Under the pieces are notes generated by a model. That model saw only the letters and a list, made by a program, of their open reading frames with translations. It made no database searches and had not been told where the DNA came from. DNA of 64,000 bases from the human T2T-CHM13v2.0 reference genome, Homo sapiens. The stretch lies in NCBI RefSeq assembly GCF_009914755.1, contig NC_060935.1; one strand, 5' to 3'. The position numbers and the translations under genes are program-made. This document shows positions 13,641 through 26,572 of this stretch, piece after piece; position 1 is the stretch's first letter; every line of letters begins with the position of its first letter.

Positions 13641-14211
13641 AACAGCAACTAAATGCTGGAATGGTGACTGGGAAATTGTCTAGAGTCTCCATTGATTATC
13701 CTCCTCATAACAAGGCAGAAAGCCTTCCTCAGAATTATCTGGACTGACATTACTCATTGTCCAGACCTGTTAAGAGACTCCTGCAACCAGAGCTGTGAGT
13801 CTCAAATGTGCTCTTCAATAATGCAGTAGAAGGCCTGAGTTTCCACATAGTAGTATCCTTGAATGCCTGGAGAATTTTAAGGCATAAGAACGTACTGATC
13901 CTATGAACTATATGTTTTGTAAAATCTCAGGTTATGTGAGGTGTTTGGACAAATTAAGTTTCAGGGTGATATCCACTATTGAGACAGAAAATTAGTCTAA
14001 AGAATTAAGACCTCAAAATCCAGAATGAGAAAAAATTGTTTTGCTTAGAGCCTCCTTATAATTGTCTTACTTGTTTTATAGATTTATATCTATAAATCTA
14101 TAAGCACTAGAGGACAAGCTCTACCTGATATAGCTGGCCTAGACATATGCAGATTTATTAATTGTAGAAGAAAGAATTATACCTTTCAGGTAAAATAGCT
14201 ACAAAAAATAA

Positions 14212-14512
<301 letters not shown>

Positions 14513-14659
14513 CTTTAGATCAATTTTATTTCATACAGATAGCTTCCCAACTAAAAATATTTTATGAGAATTCTCTTAATTCAGCAAAGCAATGTTATTA
14601 CTGACCCAGTCTTCACTTATTTTCAGCTTACATGCAGGAACAAAATTACCTTTATTTTT

Positions 14660-15050
14660 TAATTTGTTTTATTTTATATTTTCAAGGTGCACAATATGTC
14701 GCTTTGAGATACATGTGCATAAGGAAATGATTACTATAATGAAGAAAATTAACAAATGGATCATATCACTTAGCTCTGCTTCTTTTTGATGATAAGAACA
14801 CCAAAAATCTAGTCCCTCAGAATATTTCCCAAAAACAATATAAGATTATCTAATATACCTACAGGTTGTACATCAGATTCATTTATTCTACATTACTGCA
14901 CCTTTACAACTTTTGCCCTTCGTTTACCTATTTTCTTCCCACCAATATAACCACCTTTTTGAATGTATTAAACTTATAAAAATAGATTTCAAATATGAGT
15001 GGGACCATGAAGTATTTTTCTCTGTGTGTCTGTCTTATTTCACTTAGGAA
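14660..15050 (-). mobile_element. Old L1 (L1MA/MB) 3' end fragment
   Basis: tcaaggtgcacaatatg...gagatacatgtgcataaggaaatgattacta...tagatttcaaatatgagtgggaccatgaagtatttttctctgtgtgtctgtcttatttcacttag. Confidence 0.65.
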
Positions 15051-16945
15051 ACCTACCATTTACATGTCTCCTAAATTTAGTACAGAAATAAAGTGCTAGT
15101 CAAGAATGTGTCTCTGTTTTGTTAGATTAATTTTTTTCCAAGTTATCCTCTTTATCAATTTTTACTTTTTGTACCATAGAAGAGTGAAAATTCTTGTATT
15201 TAAAAAAACTGTAACCAGGCTATTGATAAATAACTTCTTTTAGGGATAAAAATCTCAGGAAGTTCAAGATTTATGTATTAATGATTGACAATGTTCTTAG
15301 TGTTCTCTCTTTGATTTATTTCAATTGTAAGTAAGTCTTGGTGATATTCTAACATAAATTCTGATAGGTGAAGAGAATAAATTAAGTATCTCTAGGAGAA
15401 TCAATACGATAAGATTATCTTGGTTAAATGGCTAAGAAAATGTGGTAAATAGACACAAAAACTGTTTCATCTTCCAAAATCAGAGTCAAATACTAAGTGA
15501 TCGTAAAGTAGCTAATTCTGTCTTTCTGCCAAAGTGAATCTGAGCTAAAGTAGAAGAATGTCAGGAACAAATTTTTCCTTGAAATCTAGCAACAAATAAT
15601 GTAATTAAATTTTGAGGCTTTGACTGTTGCATAGAGTTTTAGCATCAACAGAAAAGCTCGCAAAACATAGGTGACAATCAAAAAGGAGTGCTGGGTTGGA
15701 GCCCTAAGGTGAGTAATTTTATCATCTCAGATCACTTGGAAAAAAGCAGCGAGTCCAAAAGAAGCTGGTAATAAGCTTTCTCTCTGCTAAACCCTAATCT
15801 TCTGCATGAAATATGTGGAGGCAGAAGAGAGACAGTTTATTATAGTCTACGTGGCATAGAGTGAAGGAATAAGAGAATATTTCTGATAAGTATTTTCAAA
15901 ATTTGGAGAATCATTCCTATCCAAATCGTTCATTTAAGGGACTAAAATACAAATAAGATATTTCTTGCCACATAATCCTCAGCTAGCCAGGCTCTAAAAA
16001 GGACAACACTGGACACCTCGACAGTGGTAAAAAGCAGGGTTTACTCCACTCTTGAATAACTAAGAACTGGTGCTAACCTTAGACAGCAGCTTATCTATTT
16101 GGTTGAGGTTCAGCTTTGTTTCATTGAACAAATCTCTTGGGTTATTTTCAGCTGTGCCAGTCATTTAATTTGTTTTCTGAATCAAACGATAAGAATAAAT
16201 ATGGCTTAGAGTGTAAACAGCATTCCCAGATACATTACAACTTGGTGTCCCATCTGCCTAATTTTGAACCTATAGGACAGGAATAAAAAGCATTGTGAGA
16301 AACACCAGGTGATTTCCTTAAAGCCAAATACTCTTGTCCCTCCTACTTTTTTTCTGGCTTTCCTGCTGCATTGGACATGGCAATAAATGGGAGTTTCCTG
16401 CACACAGAGGTAAAATTCACTTGTTGAAGATGTCAGTCTTCTTCTTGACCAACTCCTATATTGGTACAAACATGTTAGAGAAATGCACCTTCTGAATCAT
16501 TTCTAAGTCAATAATATATTCTGGGTTGTTTAACATGTATAAAATAGTGAGTGATTCGTTTACATTTAGGTTAATTTGAGGACATGGCAAGATCAGAAGT
16601 TTTGGGAATCTAGGCTCACATTAATATTATTTTGAGGTCCCCTCATTTGGGTAATAGGTTCTGGGAAAGATGACTGAGTAGGTTATTTGAAGTTACCACA
16701 GAGCATAGACTCTCTGGGCCTCTTCTCCCTTCACTTCTGGAGAGAACGTCTTCAAGACTCAGACTTTACCAGGACATTAATTAATGACAAAACGACTCAC
16801 TGGGTTTTTCATTACAGAAGAAATAGAAAATGCTTTCCAGATGGTAGGGAAATAATATCTTTAGAAACTGACTCCAAATTTCACACTGAACTTAGTGAAA
16901 GATGCATCTTGTGAAATGTCCTACATACTTCTATGTTTTTTACAG

Positions 16946-19556
16946 GGTTCTGGAGACCTATTACACAGGTGAGTGTTTACCTAGATTTTGGCATATATTC
17001 TTTCAGTTTCCATGAATATCAAAGCAGGCTCTACCAAAGTCATGGTATAAATGATTAAGATACTGATACTACCTTTTTTTGCATCTGCTTTCACTCTCAC
17101 ACCAGAAAAGACAAGAACACTAAATAAATAAATAAACAAATAAATGAATAAATAAATAAACAAATAAATATATAAATAAATAGTGAAATAAAAAAATATT
17201 TATTCCTGATTTTGTTTTATTGCTTAAAAGCCTGCATAGGTGAAAGATAAAGTTTTGTTTTGTGGATGGTGAGAAAGTCACCAGAGGAAGCAGGAGAGAA
17301 GTGGGGGAAGTATTTTAGCAGTGAAAAAGTTGATGATTTGTTGTTCATACCTACATACATATCAGTTAACAGTCCTGAAAAATATGTTGAAGAAACTGTG
17401 TAGTGTTAGAACTGTATAAGTCTCTAGGGAAGTCTCTTGTTTCTAAAAGGCAGGTCTAGCTGCCTAGAACAAACTTCACATTCTTTATCTTGAAAAGGAA
17501 GCAGCAGATGCAGCAGTCTCCCCAGAACCCCGCTATTTCAGACAAAGATGTCAGGGGAGTCTGCCAAGAAGTGGAACTCAGAATTTCATTTCCAAATATT
17601 CTGAAGGCCATAAGGCTAAGGAACCTTACACATGTGGGGCAGAAAAAAAGAAAGATCAGACTGAATTCTGACTCAGACTCTCCCACTATGCTTTAAAATT
17701 TGGAAACTGTAAATAGAAATTAATTCCAAAAAGGAAGTAATAATTTTTGAATAATCCAATTTGTGGATTCAAAGGATTCTCATGAACTGGCTTTTAAATA
17801 GAAATAGTGATTTTTATTTATTTTATGGCTGTAGATGTTGTAACTGCAGGTTTTTCCTTCCAGGAGTGAGTCCGTGCTGCTGCACGTGTCCCAGCCTCTG
17901 AATCTAGAGCTCAGTGCAGGGCCCATCACTGGACTGAGGGACAGGCTCATCCAATTCTGAGGTAAGTCTCCACCCATAGACAGCACTTCCACTATCTAAA
18001 TATTATTACTGTTAGGACCACATAGGTAATATTTCACCCTTTATCAAATATTTTACTTCCTTATAGACATAAGTGAACAACATAATCATGCAACCCTTTT
18101 GTATCTGTGTCTGTATAGTCAGATTTATAGCACTAAGTTTGAAAGATAGTGAAAAACAAATACATTTTGGCCTCATATATACTGAGTAATGTAATGGGAA
18201 AAACCAGTAGTGTAGCAAATTTTAAAAAGGAGCAAATGGAACAATGCTCAGAATGAAGGTGAGTTAGTTAATGTTAAATACAAAATTTTACATTTCCTTA
18301 GTGTATTCATTTGAACAGCTAAGAACTGTTCTTTTGGGGATTATGGTTTAATGGGGATTGCTGGGGTTTTTAAATTTTTTAAATGGATGTTTATCATGAA
18401 TTGTAAAAAAAATTAGTTAATGGGTAAACATAAAAACAAGAAATCGTTTTGTGAATACAAGTAAAATTACAAACAAAAAGAAGTTCAGTTTAATTGCAAT
18501 ATGAAAAGCTACAGGTTAAGTTTAAAATCCAGCTTTTCAGCCCCAAGCTAGCATGGAGGACCACAGAGAGACTGGTAAAAGATTTTACAGAAATCTGCTT
18601 TAAATTGTCACTTATGACATGTACTTACGGATTTTTATCCAGTCATCAAGAGCAGTTCTTGAGTAACTGAAAATCTTCACATTCTTTCCAAAATGATAGC
18701 ACTAGTTTTTAAGAATAAGAAACATTTCTAAATAATAATCTTGATAACAGCATACTATTTAGGGCATATAATGTGCAAATTTTGCTTTGAAAATTGGGTT
18801 GAAAGAAGTTGGTCCTTACATTTGGCTCTCAATATGTAAGTTTTCAAACCATTTTTAATACCTGTGGTTATTGTTTTGTTTGTCTTGTAGTTAAAATTAA
18901 TCATCTCTATGCTTTATTAGAAGTTACAAGCAAAATTGTCCTTGTGACTTTACATTTCCTGGTAAATTAACTTCTTGATAGAACAATTTTTGCTTATTGA
19001 CACATGTCTATGCATGTTTTGTTTCTTTCTCTTTTATTTATTTATTTATTTTTGCAGTGGATATTACTCTGAATCACGATGAGCCAACAGTCATATCTTT
19101 CGATGTGGAGATTTGAGAAGCATGTGTATTGGATGTGACCGTCCAAATCCGCCCCATATCACTGCAACACCTACAAGTTTTCTTGCATGGGGTGCTCAGA
19201 CTTTCACCTCCGGCAAATATTACTGGGAGGTCCATGTGGGGGACTCTTGGAATTGGGCTTTTGGTGTCTGTAATAAGTACTGGAAAGGGAAGAATACGAA
19301 TGACAATATATATGGAGAGGAGGGACTCCTTAGTCTTGGATGTGCCAAGAATGACATTCAGTGCAGTCTCTTTACCACCTCCCCACTTACACTGCAATAT
19401 ATCCCAAGACCTACCAGCCACATAGGATTATTCCTGGATTGTGAAGCTAGAACTGTGAGCTTCGTTGATGTTAATCAAAGCTGCCTTATATACACCATCC
19501 CTAATTGCTCCTTCTCACCTCCTCTCAGGCCTACCTTTCGGTGTATTCACCTCTGA
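16946..19556 (+). pseudogene. 3' half of a TRIM49/TRIM48/TRIM53-like gene (23-nt exon, 98-nt exon, PRY/SPRY exon)
   Basis: Exons 16946-16968, 17864-17961 and 19058-19556 have AG/GT boundaries and match TRIM51 coding exons 4-6. In-frame TGA at 17958-17960 (..RDRLIQF*) and a 1-nt deletion at ~19082 (499 vs 500 nt). SPRY frame AWGAQTFTSGKYYWEVHVGDSWNWAFGVC...CIHL*. No RING/B-box/coiled-coil exons found upstream. Confidence 0.9.
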
Positions 19557-21087
19557 CCAGAGATAAATCAGAAATGTGTTCATCTGCTGTGAGAACCCCT
19601 TTATTCCAGGAAGCCCTCTTCCTTGTGCCTTATCAAACAGGACAAATAGGTTCTGTTTTATGTCTTGAATTGCCTCCTAATGTTATTAAAACTCATTTAT
19701 TGTGTTACTATTAAAAATGGTAAAAACACTAAAAGTATATGTTTTGGTTCTTTATTAATTTTTGAAAAATCATCATTCATGGTCATGGCATAAAATATAT
19801 TCTGGTTTTTTTTCTTTATTTCTGACTGCCACTGAGTGAAATAATAGATGACAGACATGTCTGAATGGAGTTAAAATCAATGGAAGAGAGTCGGGATCTT
19901 TTGCTTCATGCAAAAGCTTGGAGTGAAGTCTTAATGATAGCTGGGAAATGTTTTTCTTTCTCTTTACCTAACTATATTGCACTTCTCCATCACATTTCAT
20001 TTTACTAATCTATCCTTTGAGTTAATATTATTTGACCTTCCATGCTGGGCTTCATTTTGGAATTCTCACCACATAGATAAATAATCCTGCATTATTAGTG
20101 TGCTCTTCTACATTGAAATACACAAGGTGGTCAGAACAATGCTGGATTAATTGAATTTTAAAAAACAACTAAATATTGACTCCTACCTCAAAACACACAC
20201 AGTCATTTCCAAATAGATTCCAGTTCTGAAGGTAAGGGGAACATGATACAATATTCTCATAAGGATTTCTTAACCAGGACAAAAATTAACAATTAAAAAA
20301 ATTAGTAGGTTTATATTAATGAGGACTTCTGTGTTTCAAAAAACATGATACAAGAATTGAAATGCAAACAATTAGTGGAGAAAGATATTCACCTGAACAT
20401 ATATAAAATAAAATGCAATACATGTGCATGATGAATACTTAAAATGTATTTTAAGTATTTTTCCAGATTCTTCCAGAGTGGCACAGAATAAACTTGGATG
20501 GCAGAGTCAATGATGAGATTAGCTGTGGAAATGGGAAACCGTTTTTTGGAGGCAGTAGTAATGCTGCGAACTTATGAAAACAACCAAGTATTCAGTAGCA
20601 ATTAAAATGTGTCTCCATAAGATTATTTTACAGATGCGTATCTGAAATCTGAAATTTGGGAGAACATTCTACTAATGTTCTCCAGTGAAAAAATACAGCT
20701 GGAAGAAAGAAGGGAGGGAAGATGAAGGAGAGAGAAATAGAATGCATTTGAGAGAAAATGCTATTTAGACTAAAATAGAATACTGCAGATACCATGACAA
20801 AGTGGTTAAGGTGTGTCTTATGGAGCAGAAATGGCAGCAAATACCACAGTAAAGAGATTTACCATTGGATTGTTAGTTCCGGCTTTTATTCTGTCAATGT
20901 TGTGGCTTCTAAACACATCAGTAATCTCCTTTGATCCATGTGCTAATTAACAACCAACACTCTGCCCCCTCTCCCAGATTCTTTCATCATTTTAAACCTA
21001 ATCTAATTCTAATCCGGATGGTCACTGTAACACATGTAATCACCTAAGAATTTTAAAAATATTTTTGATGAATAAATGAAAAATTAG

Positions 21088-21207
21088 CTAGGTGCAATGG
21101 CATAAACCTCTAGTCTTTTTTACTTTGAAAGCTGAAGTGGGAGGATTACTTGAGCCCTGGAATTCAAGGCTGCAGTGAGCTAAGACTGTGCCACTGCACT
21201 CCAGAGG
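21088..21207 (+). mobile_element. FLAM/Alu monomer
   Basis: gctaggtgcaatggcataaacctctagtc...ggaggattacttgagccctggaattcaaggctgcagtgagctaagactgtgccactgcactccag. Confidence 0.75.
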
Positions 21208-21387
21208 GTGAAACTTTCTTTGGTATAAATAAATAAATGTGCACTTAGAGGAATGCTTGTGCCTTGGGAAGAAACTCAAGAAACAGTTTAATCAACTTAG
21301 TTAATTTCTAGCATATGTTTACTCTGATAAGATTGATGATAGATATGCCTCATTCAGGCAGTGGTTTTTACAATGATAGTGTGATGC

Positions 21388-21440
21388 TAATTTAATCAGT
21401 GATGAAAAGGCGTGTACTAAATATTGCATAAACCTAATCA
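21388..21440 (+). promoter_or_regulatory. DUX4 motifs in the putative TRIM51 promoter
   Basis: TAATTTAATCA at 21388-21398 (exact consensus) and AAACCTAATCA at 21430-21440 (1 mismatch), ~200 bp upstream of the putative first exon. Confidence 0.6.
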
Positions 21441-21610
21441 TCTCTGTCTCCACCTTTCTTAATACCCTAAATATCACTAAATAGGTGGTTGTGGTCTTCA
21501 AAGATTCACCTAAATGGATGTAGAAGAGACAAGCTCATATTTCTCCAGAGGAGGACAGCACTTAGAGTTAACTGCATTCAAGTGATGACCTCTGAAAGTC
21601 AACTCTGCAG

Positions 21611-21694
21611 GGAATGAGCTCCTGATCTTGGGGAGTACTTAAAAGAATTTTTTCTTGGAAGAATTACTGCAGGAAACATTCATAGAACCTTGGG
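21611..21694 (+). other. TRIM51: TRIM51 non-coding first exon (5' boundary approximate)
   Basis: Strong donor ttggg|gtgagt at 21694/21695; next acceptor at 23734 lies 4 nt before the ATG; consistent with recalled TRIM51 gene length. Confidence 0.6.
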
Positions 21695-22409
21695 GTGAGT
21701 GCAACTTCTATGGAGAAAATTATTTCTCTCTTCCTTTAAAATAGTAAATTACAGTGATAAAAATATCTAACTGTCTAAACTTACCGAATGATCTTATTTG
21801 TAACTCATATTATTGCTATTCATTTTATGACATGAGGTTATGACATGAGGTTATTGTTGTCATTTTGTGTGTTCCAAAAGTGTTTGATATATTTTTGAAA
21901 AATTTTAGATATCTAGTGTTTGCTGCAATAGATTTGTATGCATCATGGGTATATGGAATTCATATTAAAACATATATATGTGTACTGCATGTACTAATAT
22001 TGGTACACTTAATTAAGTAAAAAAGGATAATTATTGAATACTGTAAATGTTGTGCTTTCATAACCTTAAGCTTTTAGACATGATTTTAAGTTACTGAGGC
22101 AATGATGAGTTAAAAATGGTGATACTAAAGGAAATAAGAATGCTCTCCAAAATACCCTAGCTTAGAAATCAAAACACGATTGTTTAGCAGATAACTGTAT
22201 AAGGAATGATTTGATACTTGATACTAGCTGTCATTTTAATTGAGGTTTACCTCAGATGAAACTGTGAAAAATTCCTTGAAATGGCTCAGATGGCCTCTGA
22301 AAAATATTTGCAATTCTTAAATTTTCACTCTTGGCACTTAAATTCAGCAGTGTTTAGTAAAAGAGAGTAAGGTAAAGGACTTCAAACTGCCAAGGCAAAG
22401 ATTACAGTT

Positions 22410-22463
22410 TGTATTGGTCAGGGTTCTCCAGAGACACAGAACCATAGGATGTGTACATAACTA

Positions 22464-22499
<36 letters not shown>

Positions 22500-23045
22500 C
22501 CAAAAATACTTACAATTGTGGTACAATTGCCTATCGTATACCATACAGGTTTGTAGCCTAGGAACAATATGCTATACTGTATACCATAGGTGTGGTTTGT
22601 GTAAGTATACCCTATGATGTTCAAACAATAACGAGACTGTCTAACGCGTCCCTCAGATCATATATCTGTCCTCACTCTACACATGACACTGTACAGGAGA
22701 GGAAGTCCACTAGGGGAATTTGTTCCCTTGATTATGGAGTCTGAGAAGTTGAACATAGGCTGTCATTAAGGTAGTGTCCTGGAGATACCAATATCCTGGC
22801 TGAGTTAGAATCAGCTTCAGGAGAAAGAGAGGAAACTGCCTTGTCTCTGCCCTTTATCTTCAGTCTGAGCTACCAGCTGATTGGATAGTGTCCACCCACA
22901 CTGAGGGCTGCTGTTGCCCACTCAGCTCACCAACTTACATGACTCTCCGGAAACACCTTCACAGACTCACCCAGAAATCATGCTTTACCAATTCTCCATG
23001 TATTATTTAATCCAGTCAAGTCAACACCTATAATTAACCATAATA
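22410..23045 (-). mobile_element. MLT2-like ERVL LTR interrupted by a Tigger3/Golem-like DNA transposon fragment (~22500-22692) next to a (TA)n tract
   Basis: tgtattggtcagggttctccagagacacagaacc...ccggaaacaccttcacagactcacccagaaat...ccagtcaagtcaacacctataattaacca (MLT2); caggtttgtagcctaggaacaat...gtttgtgtaagtataccctatgatgttc (Tigger3 end). Confidence 0.7.
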
Positions 23046-23738
23046 CCATAGTAATATAATGATATATATTTCAGTTTTTAAAAAACTGACTATATGTCAG
23101 TTCATAGTTTGAGTAGCCCAAAGAAGAAGTTAATTTAAGCCATAAGAAAAATAAACCCAACATTTTTCATTATTTATTTTATCTCCTAGTGATCCTAGAC
23201 TGGTTTAATTGCTGTCTTTTTTTTTTTAATCTGGTCGGTTGGTTTGTTCTGGGGTTGTTTTTGTTTTAAAGAGCCGGCTTCTCGGTCCCTCTCTCTAAAA
23301 ATATGTCATAGCAACCTCTGACCATCTTCTCATGTTTTGTTACCCAATGTAGGTTTTCTACTCCTCTCCCATAGTCATTCAGTTGTTATTTGAAAGAGAA
23401 ATAGGGACAAGCATGTTTCATTCTAGACCACTTAAGATTAAAACCCGAGTTTCATGTCGACATCCAGGGAGTAGGTTTTTGAACAGATTTGCATTATGCT
23501 ATGGGCAGGAACCAGGAGTAGAAGAGGTTGTGAGTCATCTAGTCAGCAGTGTCTGCTAAAAAGCCTAAAGACTCTCTTTGTGTTTGAATTTTTCATTTTT
23601 GTTACAGAGGAAATAGTTTGTTCCGCTTTAATGAGCACTGTCAAGAAGAAAATATAGCTATCACATATCACCACATGTTCACGGATTTTCACCAACCCAG
23701 ACCCCAAAATGACATGCTGCTCTTTCTTCTTCAGAAAC

Positions 23739-24149
23739 ATGAATTCTGGAATCTTGCAAGTCTTCCAGAGGGCACTCACCTGTCCCATCTGCATGAGCTA
23801 CTTCATAGACCCAGTCACCATAGACTGTGGGCACAGCTTTTGCCGGCCCTGTTTGTACCTCAACTGGCAAGACACGGCAGTTCTTGCTCAGTGCTCTGAA
23901 TGCAAGAAGACAACGCGGCAGAGAAACCTCAACACTGACATTTGTTTGAAGAACATGGCTTTCATTGCCAGAAAAGCCAGCCTCCGGCAATTCCTTAGCT
24001 CTGAGGAGCAAATATGTGGGATGCACAGAGAGACAAAGAAGATGTTCTGTGAAGTGGACAAGAGCCTGCTCTGTTTGCCGTGCTCCAACTCTCAGGAGCA
24101 CCGGAATCACATACACTGTCCCATTGAGTGGGCTGCTGAGGAACGCCGG
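23739..24149 (+). CDS. TRIM51: TRIM51 coding exon 1 (RING C3HC4 + B-box2), 411 nt
   Basis: Acceptor ttcttcttcag at 23734; [18 protein letters not shown]...CGHSFCRPC...CSEC...[12 protein letters not shown]...EERR; donor gtaagt at 24150. Confidence 0.95.
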
Positions 24150-24432
24150 GTAAGTGATGCCTCTGAAGATCTATTTCTATACAGGACACATGAAATTCTT
24201 GTAAGTCTATTTCCTTCGAGATTGGATGATGCCATCTCTGTGTCCCCTTAAGCATGTCTGTTATGAGCTTCCTTGACTTCACACCTCTCAGATTTGACAA
24301 ACATGAGGAGAAACAAAGCAAACTCTCTTTTCTGTGGGTTAATTTGTCTCTCATTTTGGGTCCTTCGTATATCAGAGTGTGAATGATACTTTATTGTCCT
24401 CACTTGTGCTTCAATTCGTGGCTGTTTTGCAG

Positions 24433-24528
24433 GAGGAGCTCCTAAAAAAAATGCAGTCTTTATGGGAAAAAGCTTGTGAAAATCTCAGAAATCTGAACAT
24501 GGAAACCACAAGAACCAGATGCTGGAAG
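24433..24528 (+). CDS. TRIM51: TRIM51 coding exon 2 (coiled coil), 96 nt
   Basis: ttttgcag|GAGGAGCTC...TGCTGGAAG|gttagt; EELLKKMQSLWEKACENLRNLNMETTRTRCWK. Confidence 0.93.
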
Positions 24529-25574
24529 GTTAGTACCGTATGACTCTACCTTCTCCGGGAACTTATAGTGAACAAATGGGTGACTCTTAAAATAGGAACT
24601 TGATCTCAACCCATAATGTTTCTGGAATTCAATAAACAAGGAAAAAACACTTGAGAAAAAAACACCCTAATTTTTTATATAAGTTAGTGTGACTCTTTGG
24701 TAGGATATCTAATCAGACCACAGATGTTACCCAAGCATGCTCATCTGTTTCCATACAAACCTATAGCAATACCCCAGCAAATACAAGAAACTGGGACACT
24801 TCACACTCTTCCCAATGGGCTGCCTGGATAAATTCTGGACACAAGAGTTATTTGTCAGTCATGGAAATTTCAGGTGACCCTTCTAAGGCTGAGTCAGTAT
24901 GAATTTGAATCCTGGTGGGCAAGTAGATTGAAATGTGAGCTAAATTTCAGGCAGAAGGAGCAAGAGCACAACCTTAGAGAAAGCATGAAATGAAATATCA
25001 GCACTAATTAATATTGAATAAGCCATAACACATAATGGGAAAAGTGGCGAGAAATGTACACTTGTGTCTTGATGAAGACATAAATATGTGAGAAATATGG
25101 GAACTAGTATTTAATATAAGGAGAAGTCTAAGGACTTGAGAAGAATTCTAGAAATGATTTTCTCTTTGTGGATGTTTATATTGAGGGTATGATATCTGAT
25201 ATTCATTCATTAATTTATTCTAATATTCATTCATTGAAAGGTATTTTATGAGTACCTAGCCTATGTCAAATATCAACTTAGAAAATTAAGGTGTAAAGAA
25301 GAAAGAAAACACACAAATCTTGCCATGGAAATGAGAAAAGCAAATGGTCACCATGCAGATATGTGAAGTACATGATGTGTTAGAGTGTAGTAGTGTCTTT
25401 GGAGAATAATCAAGCAGGAAAGTAGAAAAGGAGCACAGAGGCCAGGGACTGGGGATGAGGGTTTGAGTTTTAAATAGGGTGGTCAGAAAAAAGGCTCATG
25501 GAAAAATTCACACTGAAACAAAATCTTGATCAGGAGGAAATGTGTATATCCTCCTGTTTGCCTTCCTCTTCCTC

Positions 25575-25765
25575 ATAAATATATGAATATATATGTGTAT
25601 CTGGATGTTGGTATATATATATATATATATGGATACATTTGAGGAATATATATATACACACACACAGATACACATATATATTCCTCATATATCCATATAT
25701 ACCTATATTTGAGAAATATATATATGAGTACATATATGAGAAATATGTATATATATATGAAAATA
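25575..25765. repeat. (TA)/(CA)-rich low-complexity tract
   Basis: atatatatat...acacacacac...atatatat. Confidence 0.85.
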
Positions 25766-26341
25766 ATTCTAGGTATAGAAAACAGCATGTACAGTAATAT
25801 TTAATTTGCATTTATTTGGGGGTTTGAGGAACCACAAAGAAGCCCATGTTGCCGATTAGGGTGAGTTTGGAAGAGAATAAATGAAACCTTATTAGAATAT
25901 GTTATGCTGGGTGAAATGCATTGAGTTGACAATGCTAGTCTGGGTCATGTCATCATTTGTCAGATAATGGTTTTACATAACTTGCCCCAATTCTCCAAAG
26001 TAGAAATAATGGTTTCTTACCTAGTCAATATAACTCGATAGTTTGATTCTTAAGCAAGAACTGTGTTTTCTTTCTATAAATGTGGTGTGGAAGAGGGAAA
26101 TCCATTTTTATATAACTATCTTAGAAAACATTTTATCATTAATCAAGTAAATGTAACTGGGCAGAAACAACTATGTTGATATTAGTACAGAAAAAAAAAT
26201 AAAAGGGATAAAATTTTGTGGAATCTGAGAATTGACAAGATTGAGGATTAAAATATTGGGTGTTTAGAATGCTAAGAGGAATCAGTGAAATTCAAGAGAA
26301 GATGGGTAAAACATTTCTATTTTGACTAATTGTCACTGCAG

Positions 26342-26572
26342 GATTATGTGAGTTTAAGGATAGAAGCAATCAGAGCTGAATATCAGAAGATGCCTGCATT
26401 TCTCCATGAAGAAGAGCAACATCACTTGGAAAGGCTGCGAAAGGAGGGCGAGGACATTTTTCAGCAACTCAATGAAAGCAAAGCCAGAATGGAACATTCC
26501 AGGGAGCTTTTAAGAGGAATGTATGAGGATCTGAAGCAAATGTGCCATAAAGCAGATGTGGAGCTACTCCAG
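26342..26572 (+). CDS. TRIM51: TRIM51 coding exon 3 (coiled coil), 231 nt
   Basis: cactgcag|GATTATGTG...CTACTCCAG|gtatgg; DYVSLRIEAIRAEYQKMPAFLHEEEQHHLERL...DVELLQ. Confidence 0.94.

Noticed and set aside
23709-24251. 180-aa single-exon TRIM ORF and upstream ATG at 23709
   Set aside because: The extra N- and C-terminal residues are intronic (acceptor at 23734, donor at 24150)
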